From the NCBI GenBank assembly GCA_902539295.1, contig CACBIM010000006.1:36723-100722 (forward strand): a stretch of 64,000 bases of DNA. The letters run 5' to 3'. Shown here one piece after another: positions 18,126-28,709 of the stretch. The position numbers were made by a program, and so were the translations under genes. Source of the DNA: an uncultured SAR116 cluster alpha proteobacterium (GTDB taxonomy: Bacteria; Pseudomonadota; Alphaproteobacteria; Puniceispirillales; GCA-002684695). Each line of letters opens with the position of its first letter. Within the stretch, counting starts at the first letter, position 1. The notes under the pieces were generated by a model, which saw nothing but the letters and a program-made list of their open reading frames with translations, was not told the origin of the DNA and made no database searches.

Positions 18126-19298
18126 TTATGCAGCTGAAAAAGAATTTTTATGGTTGGCTACAAACTTTGACTTTGTTTCTTCTATCCAACCTCCACCTAA
18201 AACATGATTGGTATTTTTTATATTATATATAACTGCAGCTTGTCCTGGTGAAATGCCTTCAGTGTGTTCTTCTGGAAGTAGAATAACTTGATTATTAATA
18301 AGTTTGAGTTTTGCTTTTATAAGATTTCCAGTATTCCTTACCTTAACAAAAATATTTTCTTCGCTCAAACTAGCATCACTAATCCAATTCATATCTTTGA
18401 GATATATTTCATCAACATTCAAAGCTTCTTTAGGTCCAACTACTACCTGATTTTTTTCAACATTTATGTCAACTACATATAGTCTAGTTTCATCAAGACC
18501 AGATACCCCCCCTATTCCTAGGCCCCTTCGTTGGCCAATAGTATAGTCAATTATACCATTATGTTTTCCTAATATACTTCCATCAATATATGTAATATTC
18601 CCAGCCTCAATTGAACCAGGTCTTAAACGTCTTACAATATCAGAATATTTACCGTTAGGAACAAAACATATATCTTGACTATCAGGCTTGTCTTTAACTT
18701 TTAAATCAAACTTATCAGCAATTTTTCTTGTTTCTAATTTGTTCATATTACCTAACGGGAACCTTAGATAATCTAGTTGATCTTTTGTGGTTGCAAAAAG
18801 AAAATATGATTGATCCTTTTCATGATCATCACCCCGGTGAAGTTCAACACCATTTTCCCCCTCAACTCTTTGAACGTAATGACCTGTTGCCAGTGCATCC
18901 GCATTCAAATCTTTGGACATTTTAAATAGATCGGTAAATTTTACAGTTTGATTGCATTTAACACATGGAATTGGAGTTCTACCTGCTAAGTACTCATCGG
19001 CAAAATCATCCATTACTTGTTCCTTAAATTTGCTTTCGTAGTCTAAGACGTAATGCGGTATATCTAGTTGTGATGCAACTAGCCGGGCATCATTTATATC
19101 AGAACCTGCGCAACAGGCACCAGTTTTTTCAATAGTTTTACCATAGTCATAAAGTTGAAGGGTTATTCCTACCACCTCAAAACCCTTTTCAACGAGAAGT
19201 GCTGCAGTTACAGATGAATCCACACCACCAGACATTGCAACAACCACTTTAGTATCTGAAGGTTTGCGATTAAATCCTAAAAAATTGTTGTTTGACAT
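18126..19298 (-). CDS. mnmA: tRNA 2-thiouridine(34) synthase
   Basis: AMSGGVDSS PP-loop, PCVKCN, ATGHY, KDQSYFL, SQDICF, TIGQRRG, PGQA. Confidence 0.96.
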   Translation of the reverse strand: MSNNNFLGFNRKPSDTKVVVAMSGGVDSSVTAALLVEKGFEVVGITLQLYDYGKTIEKTGACCAGSDINDARLVASQLDIPHYVLDYESKFKEQVMDDFADEYLAGRTPIPCVKCNQTVKFTDLFKMSKDLNADALATGHYVQRVEGENGVELHRGDDHEKDQSYFLFATTKDQLDYLRFPLGNMNKLETRKIADKFDLKVKDKPDSQDICFVPNGKYSDIVRRLRPGSIEAGNITYIDGSILGKHNGIIDYTIGQRRGLGIGGVSGLDETRLYVVDINVEKNQVVVGPKEALNVDEIYLKDMNWISDASLSEENIFVKVRNTGNLIKAKLKLINNQVILLPEEHTEGISPGQAAVIYNIKNTNHVLGGGWIEETKSKFVANHKNSFSAA

Positions 19299-19313
19299 GT
19301 AAATACCTAAAAA

Positions 19314-19625
19314 TTAATCTTCTGGTATTCTTACTTTTAAACCGTTTAAACTTTCATCTAATCTTATTTGACAACCCAACCTTGATGTTGGCTCTAAACC
19401 AAAAGCTAAATCAAGCATATCTTCTTCATCAGCATCTGGGCTACCTGTTTTTTCATACCATTCTGGATCAACGACAACATGACAAGTTGCACAAGACAAA
19501 CTTCCTCCGCATGTGCCTTCAATACCTAAATTAGCATCTCTTCCTATCTCCATGAGAGTTGTCCCCTCTTCAGCTTCAATCTCATGTTCTTTGCCATCTA
19601 ATGTGATAAATGTAACTTTAGGCAT
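19314..19625 (-). CDS. fdx: 2Fe-2S ferredoxin (adrenodoxin type)
   Basis: CGGSLSCATCHV...SRLGCQ. Confidence 0.92.
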   Translation of the reverse strand: MPKVTFITLDGKEHEIEAEEGTTLMEIGRDANLGIEGTCGGSLSCATCHVVVDPEWYEKTGSPDADEEDMLDLAFGLEPTSRLGCQIRLDESLNGLKVRIPED

Positions 19626-20727
19626 TTATAATCTCTTTTTCTTTACTTTCTGTTCGTTTGTACAGCTCAACGTAGAACTGAGCAAGCTTTTCTAAATCAT
19701 TTTTTGTATTTTGCCAACCACTACTTATTCTAATTGATTTATTTGATGCCCATTTTGCTCCCATAGCTTCTAATACATGACTAGACTTGACTTTTCCAGA
19801 AGAGCAAGCTGACCCAGCAGAGACAGAAAATCCCTCCAGGTCCATTGCAATAACTTGTGCATCTGCATTCATGTGAGGCATGTAAACACAGGTTGTATTG
19901 GGTAATCTTGGAACATTTTCACCAAAAATTTTTATATTGGGCAATTTACTTTTAATAAGTTTTTCGAATTTTTTTTGCAACGACATAATATTATTAATCT
20001 CAGTATTATCCAAAAAAATTTTTCTTGCTGCACTTCCAAAACCAACAATTCCAATCAAATTTTCGGTCCCTGACCTGTGACCTCTTTCCTGACCTCCACC
20101 AAGAATAATTGGATTTAAATTATATGGGTCATCCACAATTAAAGCTCCAACACCAACTGGCCCTCCAATCTTATGAGATGAAATAGCTAAGCTATTTAAA
20201 CCAGAAGCTTTAAAATTAATATCTATTTTTCCTAGCGCTTGAACCGCATCACAATGTACATAAACTTTATATTTTTTTGCAATTTTTACAATATCTTTAA
20301 TAGGCTGAATAACACCTGTCTCATTATTTGCCCACATTACAGAAATTATATCAGGATTAAATTTTTTTATTTTAACCTCAAGGTCATCAATTTTTACTAA
20401 ACCATTACTATCAACATCTATAAAATTAGGGTTTTTGGATGAAGCTATAACTGCGTCATGTTCAATAGAACTAATTAACGGCCTTTTAAAAATCTGCATA
20501 ATCATCGAGTTAGCTTCAGTCCCACCTGAAGTAAAAATTATTTGATCACTATTGGCGTTAACAAAATTAGAAATTGAGGTTCTTGCATTTTCAAGATGGG
20601 TTTTAGCTTGTCTGCCAAAAGAATGAACTGAAGAGGCATTCAAGGGAGGTCCCATTATATCCAGCATCTCTTTTTTAACTTCATCTCTAAGAGGAGTAGT
20701 AGCGTTATAGTCTAAATAAATGCTCAT
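19618..20727 (-). CDS. iscS: Cysteine desulfurase (IscS/NifS group I)
   Basis: YLDYNATTP, FTSGGTEA, NNETG, SSHKIGGP, GSACSSG. Confidence 0.92.
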   Translation of the reverse strand: MSIYLDYNATTPLRDEVKKEMLDIMGPPLNASSVHSFGRQAKTHLENARTSISNFVNANSDQIIFTSGGTEANSMIMQIFKRPLISSIEHDAVIASSKNPNFIDVDSNGLVKIDDLEVKIKKFNPDIISVMWANNETGVIQPIKDIVKIAKKYKVYVHCDAVQALGKIDINFKASGLNSLAISSHKIGGPVGVGALIVDDPYNLNPIILGGGQERGHRSGTENLIGIVGFGSAARKIFLDNTEINNIMSLQKKFEKLIKSKLPNIKIFGENVPRLPNTTCVYMPHMNADAQVIAMDLEGFSVSAGSACSSGKVKSSHVLEAMGAKWASNKSIRISSGWQNTKNDLEKLAQFYVELYKRTESKEKEIINA

Positions 20728-20729
20728 GG

Positions 20730-21401
20730 TTACTTATTTTTACTTTCTAAGCGTTGAATTTTTTCTTTTAAAGAATTGATTTCATCATCCATTCTAGAGA
20801 TAGACTTATCAATTTTACTTACTTCAGAAAAAGCTGTTCCGTAAGCTTGGAAATCTTTACTCAATTTATTTTTACCAACTTCATGAGCTGGAACACCAAC
20901 GACTGACATTCCCTTAGAGACTGACTTTAGTACAACTGAGTTTGCACCTACACGTGCATTTGCACCAATAGTTATAGGTCCCAAAATCTGAGCACCTGAT
21001 CCAATTATAACACCATCTTCTAATGTTGGATGCCGCTTAATACCTCTTTGCTCATCAGATTTGAATGCAGGCATAATACCACCTAATGTAACTCCATGAT
21101 AAATTGTAACATTATCACCAATTTCAGCTGTTTCCCCAATAACGATACCCATAGCATGATCCATAAAAAAACCATCTCCTATTTTTGCACCAGGATGGAT
21201 TTCAATTCCTGTTAGGAAGCGAGCAATTTGCATAATTAGCCTTGCTATAGATCGAATATTCCTTAACCACAAAAATCTAGATATATAATAAAAGATCATT
21301 ACATGGACACTAGGATACAAAAGCACAACCCAAAAGCTGCTTGACGAAGCAGGGTCTCTCTCTTTAACAGCTTGTATGATTTTTAAGACCGAATTAAGCA
21401 A
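20730..21401 (-). CDS. cysE: Serine O-acetyltransferase
   Basis: [21 protein letters not shown] hexapeptide repeats. Confidence 0.93.
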   Translation of the reverse strand: MLNSVLKIIQAVKERDPASSSSFWVVLLYPSVHVMIFYYISRFLWLRNIRSIARLIMQIARFLTGIEIHPGAKIGDGFFMDHAMGIVIGETAEIGDNVTIYHGVTLGGIMPAFKSDEQRGIKRHPTLEDGVIIGSGAQILGPITIGANARVGANSVVLKSVSKGMSVVGVPAHEVGKNKLSKDFQAYGTAFSEVSKIDKSISRMDDEINSLKEKIQRLESKNK

Positions 21402-21503
21402 ATTTTTCCTTCAATTTATGAATATATTTATGTTAATAGTGTTTTTTAAAAGAAGTATAATATATATAATAGCAGTTTTTAACTACACAAGAAATTTGAA
21501 TTT

Positions 21504-22172
21504 ATGCCTGAAGTTATAATTAACGGTCCTGAGGGCCGTATTGAAGCAAGATACACACCCTCAAAAAAAACTGAAGCTCCAATTGCTCTAATTCTTCACC
21601 CAGAACCCAATCAGGGTGGAACTATGAATAACAAAGTTGTTTTCAGTTTATATAGAGAGTTTGTTAAGAGAGATTTTTCAACCTTGAGATTTAATTTTAG
21701 AGGTGTTGGGAAAAGTCAAGGATCATATGATGATGGTGAGGGTGAATTAACTGATGCAGCTACTGCTATGGACTGGATACAATCACAAAATCCAAGTGCA
21801 ACGCATTGTTGGGTAGCAGGTTTTTCTTTTGGCTCTTGGATTGGTATGCAATTGATGATGAGAAGACCAGAAATCAAAGGATTTATATCATTGTCTGCAC
21901 CAGCATTAACAAGAGACTTTGCTTTTTTAGCCCCATGCCCATCCTCAGGACTTTTTATTCACGGCTCCGATGACGAAATAGTCCCAAGCCTTGCTTTGTC
22001 ACGCGTGCTTGAAAAAATATCAATTCAAAAAGGTGCTGTTATAAAGGATATTATTATTCAAGGCGCAGACCATTTTTTTAACGATCACAATAATGAGATG
22101 ATTGACGCAGTTGGAAAGTATCTTGATACAAGACTTGATAAAGATGGGAATTTTATAAGTAATAATGAATAA
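21504..22172 (+). CDS. Alpha/beta hydrolase (conserved next to isc genes in Alphaproteobacteria)
   Basis: MPEVIINGPEGRIE, GG.MNNKVV, RFNFRGVG.S, GFSFG, ADHFF. Confidence 0.88.
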   Translation: MPEVIINGPEGRIEARYTPSKKTEAPIALILHPEPNQGGTMNNKVVFSLYREFVKRDFSTLRFNFRGVGKSQGSYDDGEGELTDAATAMDWIQSQNPSATHCWVAGFSFGSWIGMQLMMRRPEIKGFISLSAPALTRDFAFLAPCPSSGLFIHGSDDEIVPSLALSRVLEKISIQKGAVIKDIIIQGADHFFNDHNNEMIDAVGKYLDTRLDKDGNFISNNE

Positions 22173-22180
22173 AACTTTTA

Positions 22181-23422
22181 ATGACAGTATCTAAATTTAT
22201 AAAAGTCCTAGTTGAAAGAGAATTTATTCATCAAGCCACCGATCTAAATGGTTTAGATAAATTATGTCATTCTCAAAGTATTGCGGCATATATAGGTTTT
22301 GATTGTACAGCTGATAGCTTACATGTAGGCTCGCTAACTCAAATAATGATGCTAAGGCACCTTCAAAAAACTGGGCACAAACCTATTGTATTAATGGGTG
22401 GCGGAACGACAAAAGTTGGCGATCCTTCAGGGAAAGACAGTGCAAGACCATTACTGACTATAAATGATATTAATCTTAATATGGAAAGTATTAAGTCTAT
22501 TTTTGAGAAGTATTTGGTTTTTGGTAAGAATCCAAATGACGCTGTAATGGTTGATAATTCTATTTGGCTGGATAAACTTGAACTTATTTCTTTTTTAAGA
22601 GATTACGGAAAGCACTTCTCAATCAATAGATTACTAAGCATGGAATCTGTAAAACAAAGACTTGAAAGAGAACAACCATTATCTTTTTTAGAATTCAATT
22701 ATGCAATACTTCAAGCTTATGATTTTCTTGAATTAAATCGTAAATATAACTGTTTACTGCAAATGGGAGGGTCTGATCAATGGGGAAATATTGTATCAGG
22801 AATTGATTTAACGAGAAGAATTCAAAGTAAAGAAGTATTTGGTTTAACTTCACCTTTAATTACAACTGCATCTGGTTCAAAAATGGGCAAAACAGCAAGT
22901 GGTGCTATCTGGCTTAATGAAGATAGGTTAAGTACTTGGGATTTTTGGCAATTTTGGAGAAATACAGAAGATAAAGATGTTATTAGATTTTTGAAGTTAT
23001 TTACTGAAGTTCCAATATCTCAAATCCAAGAAATTCAGAAATTAAAAGGAGCTCAAATTAATGATGCAAAAATTTTACTTGCAAATGAAGTAACAAAACT
23101 TTGTCATGGAACAGAAGCGGCAATTAAAGCTTATAACTCAGCTAAAGACACTTTTGAAAAAGGAAAGCTAGGTTTAGATCTTCCAAAATTTAAGGCAGTA
23201 TTATCTAAAAATGAAGGTATCTCGCTAATTGAAGCTTTGTGTAAAACTGAATTATGTAAAAGCAAAGGTGAGGCCAGAAGATTAATTAATGGCGGTGGTG
23301 CTAGAATAAACAATCAGTCTTTTAGAGATGAAAATCACATAATACAAAAAAGTGACTTTGATGAATCCGGTACATTAAAAATTTCATCAGGGAAAAAAAA
23401 CCATGCTGTTTTGTATATTTAG
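22181..23422 (+). CDS. tyrS: Tyrosine--tRNA ligase
   Basis: GFDCTADSLHVGS (HIGH), QMGGSDQWGNI, KMGKT, S4 C-terminus. Confidence 0.97.
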   Translation: MTVSKFIKVLVEREFIHQATDLNGLDKLCHSQSIAAYIGFDCTADSLHVGSLTQIMMLRHLQKTGHKPIVLMGGGTTKVGDPSGKDSARPLLTINDINLNMESIKSIFEKYLVFGKNPNDAVMVDNSIWLDKLELISFLRDYGKHFSINRLLSMESVKQRLEREQPLSFLEFNYAILQAYDFLELNRKYNCLLQMGGSDQWGNIVSGIDLTRRIQSKEVFGLTSPLITTASGSKMGKTASGAIWLNEDRLSTWDFWQFWRNTEDKDVIRFLKLFTEVPISQIQEIQKLKGAQINDAKILLANEVTKLCHGTEAAIKAYNSAKDTFEKGKLGLDLPKFKAVLSKNEGISLIEALCKTELCKSKGEARRLINGGGARINNQSFRDENHIIQKSDFDESGTLKISSGKKNHAVLYI

Positions 23423-23431
23423 CAAAATTGA

Positions 23432-26400
23432 TTATTCCTTATCACTTCTAAAAATATTAAAAACATCCCTGAGCATCCCTGGCGCAGAGGATAAAGGCCT
23501 AAAAGATATTGATGGTTTGGAAATATTTCCATCTAAACGAAATTCAGTTAAAACAATCCCAGCTTTATCTCCTCCAGTCAATAATTCACTCAATACAGGA
23601 ACAGGCTCTAAAAGTTTATTTAATAATGTTGCGGGTGCCAACGTTCCATAAATTTGAAGAAACTCATTCTTTTTATCTATCCATCCATCAAGTGTAATTG
23701 CCATTGCCTCACCTATGGCTTCAATGCTTCGAATATTCAATTTATTATCAAAATTATCTATTTCTGCTATACCTTTAGCAAAGTAAATTCCTTGTTCTTC
23801 AAGTAAGTTAAGTAAGCCTGTTAAGCTCAAAGTTGATATTAAGCGAACAAGAATTGGTGCATTAACAACATTAAATTTCGATACATCAATTAGAGCACTA
23901 TAATTACCAGAATTTTGTTCGTCTATTGTTACCGAAATAACTATACTTCCACCTTCAACTAAATCTGTTAACTGTAGACCTCTTAAAATCTTTCCAGCAT
24001 TATCACCAGAAATAATAAAGATATTTTTATCTTCACTGTTAATAGAAATTGGAATTTCATTAATTAATCCTGTCCCACTAAATACAATTTGTTTTTTTGT
24101 TAGCTTGGTAGAGATATTTGCATCATTAATAGCAATTTCCTGACCTAAATAGACAGTTCCTTTTAAGATAGATACAAAGCCATTTTCACTACCATAGTTT
24201 CCATTTATTTCTCCACTAGATACAATGCCACCAGGTAATAAAAATTTTTCACTATTGATTTTAAATAATAAATTTAATTCATTTGCATCTGTAATATTAT
24301 CTGAAAAGTAAGTGAGATAATTATCAAAATTTATTTTTTCAGAATCTATTTCTAAAATTAATTTTTTATTTTCATCTTTAAGTATATGTAACCTACTAAT
24401 TAAACTACCTGGTAAAGAAATATAATTAAACTTAGCTTCCTTAAAAAAAGAATTTTTAAATTCTAACTTACCATCAAATGATGCTTTACCAACCTCACCT
24501 TGGAAGTTAGAAATTTTGGAAAGCAAACCACTTTCAAAGATAAAATCTCCTTTAACTAATCCCTTAACACCCAACTCTTTAGAAAAATTAATTTGAGGCA
24601 AGTAAATATGAGTATTATCTAAATCAATTACCACTTCTGATATGAAATTCCTAAAGTCTAAATCATTGATTTCAATCAATCCAGAAGCTGAACCGTCAAT
24701 TTTTTGCCCTATAATGTTTGAAATATATTTAGCTAACTCTCTTGACTCAATTAAATTAATTCTTACTGAAGGATTTGTATTTTGCAGTTTATCAATCTTA
24801 AACTTAGTTTCTATATTGTTTAATTTGCCTTCACTTAAAAGTTTAAATGATTGATTGCTAGCAGAAATTTTGATCATACTTTCAGTAGCTATCAAATTTA
24901 ATGGAAGAGAAGAAAGAACTAATTCATTACCATTTGCATTTACATTCCATAAAAACTCATCCCTTTTAATCGCTGGTTTAATTGGCCAAGTAAAATTTGA
25001 TTCAAAAGATATTTTTCCAACGCCATTGGTACCAATTCTGTATTTAGATATTAAGTTTAAATCCTTGTGATTTAAAAACTTCAAAGCATCTTGCAGATCC
25101 GATTGACCTTTAAGTTTTAAAGAAGCTTTTGCCATTCTATTAAATATGGGTGAAATATTCAACTGACCTTTACCAATATCAAGTCTGGCTAGACTTGCTT
25201 CATTAAATTCAATTCTCATTTGATCGCTATTAATATTTATTCTAGCTTCAGGCAGTATTAATGGAGGAAGATTTTTATAGAATGAAATTTTAGATTCCTT
25301 ATGCAACCAATTAAGTTGTAAATTTTTGACCTTTGGAGTTTTTATAAAATCTATTATCAAACTAAGCTCACAATCTTCAGCAAAACCACCTTTAACCTTT
25401 TTATTTATCCAATTTTTTGTTTTCTGGCCGAAGTCATTTGGCCAGACTTGTGTTAGCGAAGAATATAAAATTTTGTCAAAATTAAGATTGATTTTTGCTT
25501 CAGATAATAAATTTTCTTTATTTAAGAGAAGAATAATTTCTCCTATAATTTTTGTTCCGTTAAATAAATTTGAAGATAAGTTTGTGATTTGAATTTTATT
25601 ATTTTTATAATTCATACTAAATTTAGCTTCTTCAAATGAGAAAGCCTCAAGCATGCCATGTCTTTGAAAAGTTAATTTTTTAAGTTTAGTTATTGTGTCT
25701 ATGCTGGTTAGATTATCAGATTTGATTTTTGCTCTAAAATTTGAACTAATTATTGTGTCTAACTCACTAGAGTTTTCAGAACTTGAAGTGACTTTTAATT
25801 CTTTAAGCAATCCCTCGATATCAAAATCTTCAATAAAGTAACTCAAATTATCATTATTGATTAATATGTTACCTTTAAAATTAATATCATTAAAAACACC
25901 CTGCGATAACTCTAATTTATACTTTTTAGGTATTATATCTTGAGGTATAATATCAGCGTTTAAGCTATTAAGGTTTGCGTCTAAATAAAGAGCTGTTTCA
26001 TTACCTCCTAAATTATTTGCCTTGAATGAACCATTAATTATAGATTGATAACTATCTTCAAAAGTAAAATTTTCTGAGCTAACAAAGTTATTTTTATAAT
26101 CATAATTAAATTCAATTTTTCCTCTATAAAAATTTTTTAAATAAGATATTTCCTCAATATTTTGTTTATTATTTTTTGATTTTTCAAAGTTTAGTAAACC
26201 GGTAATATTAACTGGGGAAAATGCTTCATCTAATGAAATCTTCATTTTACCACCTAAGTAAACTTCAGTTTCTAAATTTGGAAGAAAATTAAATTCTTTT
26301 AAGTCATTAAAATTTATTTTACTAAAACCTATATCAATATTTTTTTCATTCTTAGAAGTTTCTTCGAATAATACTTTTATTTTCTCATGATTATTATTGA

Positions 26401-27025
26401 GATTAAAGTCACCATCTAAAAAAAATCTATTTTCTAAATTCTGAAAAACTAAATTTATATTTTTTATTTCAAAATCGTTATTAAGGTTTTCAAAATTTAT
26501 TTTACCATTTACGATTTTATATTCAGTTTCTTTGAATAATTTGTTTAGATAATTGGTATCAATGTCGCTACTTTTTTTGCTAATTAAATTGATAATAATT
26601 CGCGGAAGTCTCAAATTATTCAATGATGGAATAAATTTTTGACTATGGGTGTCATGATGATAGCGAAAATTCAATCCATCAATAATTACTTTGTTTATAT
26701 TAAGATTTCCTGATAAAATATCCGTCAAAGAAAAAAATAATTTAGACTCTTCAATTCCAAGCTTCTCTCCTTGATTAGCTATAATAATATCATTAACTGA
26801 GATTCCAAAAGGAGATGCAAAGTTTTCAAAACTTAAATTGATTTTTTTAATGCTAACTTTGGCTCCAGGAAACTCTTTAGTTATCCTACTCTCAATTTCT
26901 TTTTGCACTCCCTCCAAGTTAAAAATTATTGAAGAGGCTTGCCAAATAAAAAGGAATATAATAATTGATGCAATTCCAATTGCAGATGCCAATACGTTAA
27001 AAATTGGGAAACTAATATTTTTCAC
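23432..27025 (-). CDS. AsmA-like / YhdP-type (DUF3971) large envelope protein
   Basis: 1197 aa, single N-terminal TM, beta-rich body, C-terminal GTLAP..LN.L...P...P.LS..APG.LR signature. Confidence 0.75.
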   Translation of the reverse strand: MKNISFPIFNVLASAIGIASIIIFLFIWQASSIIFNLEGVQKEIESRITKEFPGAKVSIKKINLSFENFASPFGISVNDIIIANQGEKLGIEESKLFFSLTDILSGNLNINKVIIDGLNFRYHHDTHSQKFIPSLNNLRLPRIIINLISKKSSDIDTNYLNKLFKETEYKIVNGKINFENLNNDFEIKNINLVFQNLENRFFLDGDFNLNNNHEKIKVLFEETSKNEKNIDIGFSKINFNDLKEFNFLPNLETEVYLGGKMKISLDEAFSPVNITGLLNFEKSKNNKQNIEEISYLKNFYRGKIEFNYDYKNNFVSSENFTFEDSYQSIINGSFKANNLGGNETALYLDANLNSLNADIIPQDIIPKKYKLELSQGVFNDINFKGNILINNDNLSYFIEDFDIEGLLKELKVTSSSENSSELDTIISSNFRAKIKSDNLTSIDTITKLKKLTFQRHGMLEAFSFEEAKFSMNYKNNKIQITNLSSNLFNGTKIIGEIILLLNKENLLSEAKINLNFDKILYSSLTQVWPNDFGQKTKNWINKKVKGGFAEDCELSLIIDFIKTPKVKNLQLNWLHKESKISFYKNLPPLILPEARININSDQMRIEFNEASLARLDIGKGQLNISPIFNRMAKASLKLKGQSDLQDALKFLNHKDLNLISKYRIGTNGVGKISFESNFTWPIKPAIKRDEFLWNVNANGNELVLSSLPLNLIATESMIKISASNQSFKLLSEGKLNNIETKFKIDKLQNTNPSVRINLIESRELAKYISNIIGQKIDGSASGLIEINDLDFRNFISEVVIDLDNTHIYLPQINFSKELGVKGLVKGDFIFESGLLSKISNFQGEVGKASFDGKLEFKNSFFKEAKFNYISLPGSLISRLHILKDENKKLILEIDSEKINFDNYLTYFSDNITDANELNLLFKINSEKFLLPGGIVSSGEINGNYGSENGFVSILKGTVYLGQEIAINDANISTKLTKKQIVFSGTGLINEIPISINSEDKNIFIISGDNAGKILRGLQLTDLVEGGSIVISVTIDEQNSGNYSALIDVSKFNVVNAPILVRLISTLSLTGLLNLLEEQGIYFAKGIAEIDNFDNKLNIRSIEAIGEAMAITLDGWIDKKNEFLQIYGTLAPATLLNKLLEPVPVLSELLTGGDKAGIVLTEFRLDGNISKPSISFRPLSSAPGMLRDVFNIFRSDKE

Positions 27026-27126
27026 AAAAAATCCAAATTTCCATACAAATAGACTTTTTTAAACACAATGATTAAATAATATATTAGAATTATATTTTTT
27101 CTACTAATTATATACTGGAGACTTAA

Positions 27127-27588
27127 ATGTTTAAAGAAGGCGATAAAGTGCCAACTTTTTCAATTATAACAGATAAAAAAGAATTTATACTCAAAGAAAT
27201 TAATACATATAAAACTGTTGTATTTTTCTTTCCAAAAGCAAATACATCTGGCTGCACTAGAGAAGCAGTGGAGTTTAGCCATTTAATTGAAGAGTTCAAA
27301 AAACTAAACACTCTGATTATTGGAGTTTCGAAAGATAGTCCTGAACAACAAAAAAAGTTTAGGGACAAGCATGATTTGAAATGTGAATTAGGATCAGACA
27401 TTGACGGCAAAATTTGTGAAATATTTTCAACATGGGTTGAAAAATCCATGTATGGGAAAAAATATATGGGTATACAAAGAAGTACTTTTTTAATTAGTGA
27501 AGAATGTAAAGTTCTAAAGTCTTGGCCAAAGGTTAAAGTTCCAAATCACGCATTAGAGGTGCTTGAGGAATTAAAAAAAATATCATAA
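27127..27588 (+). CDS. bcp: Peroxiredoxin BCP
   Basis: FFPKANTSGCTREA, KSMYGKKYMGIQRSTF. Confidence 0.92.
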   Translation: MFKEGDKVPTFSIITDKKEFILKEINTYKTVVFFFPKANTSGCTREAVEFSHLIEEFKKLNTLIIGVSKDSPEQQKKFRDKHDLKCELGSDIDGKICEIFSTWVEKSMYGKKYMGIQRSTFLISEECKVLKSWPKVKVPNHALEVLEELKKIS

Positions 27589-28695
27589 TTATATTTTTAA
27601 GCCTATTTTTTTTGAAAGAGCAGCTTCTATAAATTCATCTATACCACCATCCAGAACTGATTGTGTATTTCCTTTTTCAACATCGGTTCTTAAATCTTTA
27701 ACCATATGATATGGATGTAAGACATATGATCTTATTTGATTTCCCCAGCCGATTTCACTTTTTTCAGATGAAATTGACCCAGCTTCCTCTTCACGTTTTT
27801 GCAACTCTCTCTCATAAAGTCTTGCTTTAAGCATATTTAGGGCGGCTGCTTTATTTCTGTGTTGACTTCTATTATTTTGACATTGTACTACAATCCCTGA
27901 AGGCAAATGTGTAATTCTAACTGCGCTATCTGTTGTGTTTACATGTTGCCCACCTGCACCACTACTTCTGTAAGTATCAATCCTCAATTCTTTTTCTTCA
28001 ATCAAAATATCAATTTTATCATCTACTACAGGATAAACCCATACAGATGCGAAGGAAGTATGCCGTCTTGAGGCGCTATCAAATGGAGAAATTCTAACCA
28101 ATCTATGTATTCCAGACTCTGTCTTTGCCCAACCATATGCATTGTTTCCATTTAACCTCATTGTAATTGATTTAATTCCTGCTTCTTCTCCACTTGTTTC
28201 TTCAAGAATTTCTCTTTCAAATTGCTTATTTTCAGCCCACCTTTGATACATTCTTGATAACATATTTGCCCAATCTTGAGCCTCAGTTCCTCCAGCCCCT
28301 GGATGGATTTCTAAATAACAGTCATTAGCATCAGCTTCACCTGAAAAAAGAGTCTCAAATTGTTTTTTTTGGCAAATTCCTAATAATACAAATACTGTTT
28401 TTTCAGCTTCTTTAATAATTTCTTGATCATCTTCATCATTGCCAATTTTCAGGAGTTCTTGAGTATCATCTATTTCTGTTTGCAAGTTATTTATTGATAT
28501 AATTTGTTTCTCTAAAAGATTTTTTTCCTTAAATAATTTTTCTGCTTTTGTCCTATCATCCCAAATATCCGGAGCCTGACTTGCAATTTCTAGATTTTCT
28601 AATTTCTTTTTAGAATCCTCATAATTGGCATGGTCTTTTAAAAGTGAGATAATATACTTTATCTCTGAAATTTTATTTTCTATTTCTAACTTCAT
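27589..28695 (-). CDS. prfB: Peptide chain release factor 2 (uninterrupted ORF)
   Basis: SPF anticodon-mimic (RISPFDS) and GGQ motif (GAGGQHVN). Confidence 0.96.
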   Translation of the reverse strand: MKLEIENKISEIKYIISLLKDHANYEDSKKKLENLEIASQAPDIWDDRTKAEKLFKEKNLLEKQIISINNLQTEIDDTQELLKIGNDEDDQEIIKEAEKTVFVLLGICQKKQFETLFSGEADANDCYLEIHPGAGGTEAQDWANMLSRMYQRWAENKQFEREILEETSGEEAGIKSITMRLNGNNAYGWAKTESGIHRLVRISPFDSASRRHTSFASVWVYPVVDDKIDILIEEKELRIDTYRSSGAGGQHVNTTDSAVRITHLPSGIVVQCQNNRSQHRNKAAALNMLKARLYERELQKREEEAGSISSEKSEIGWGNQIRSYVLHPYHMVKDLRTDVEKGNTQSVLDGGIDEFIEAALSKKIGLKI

Positions 28696-28709
28696 TAACT
28701 AACTCTGAT

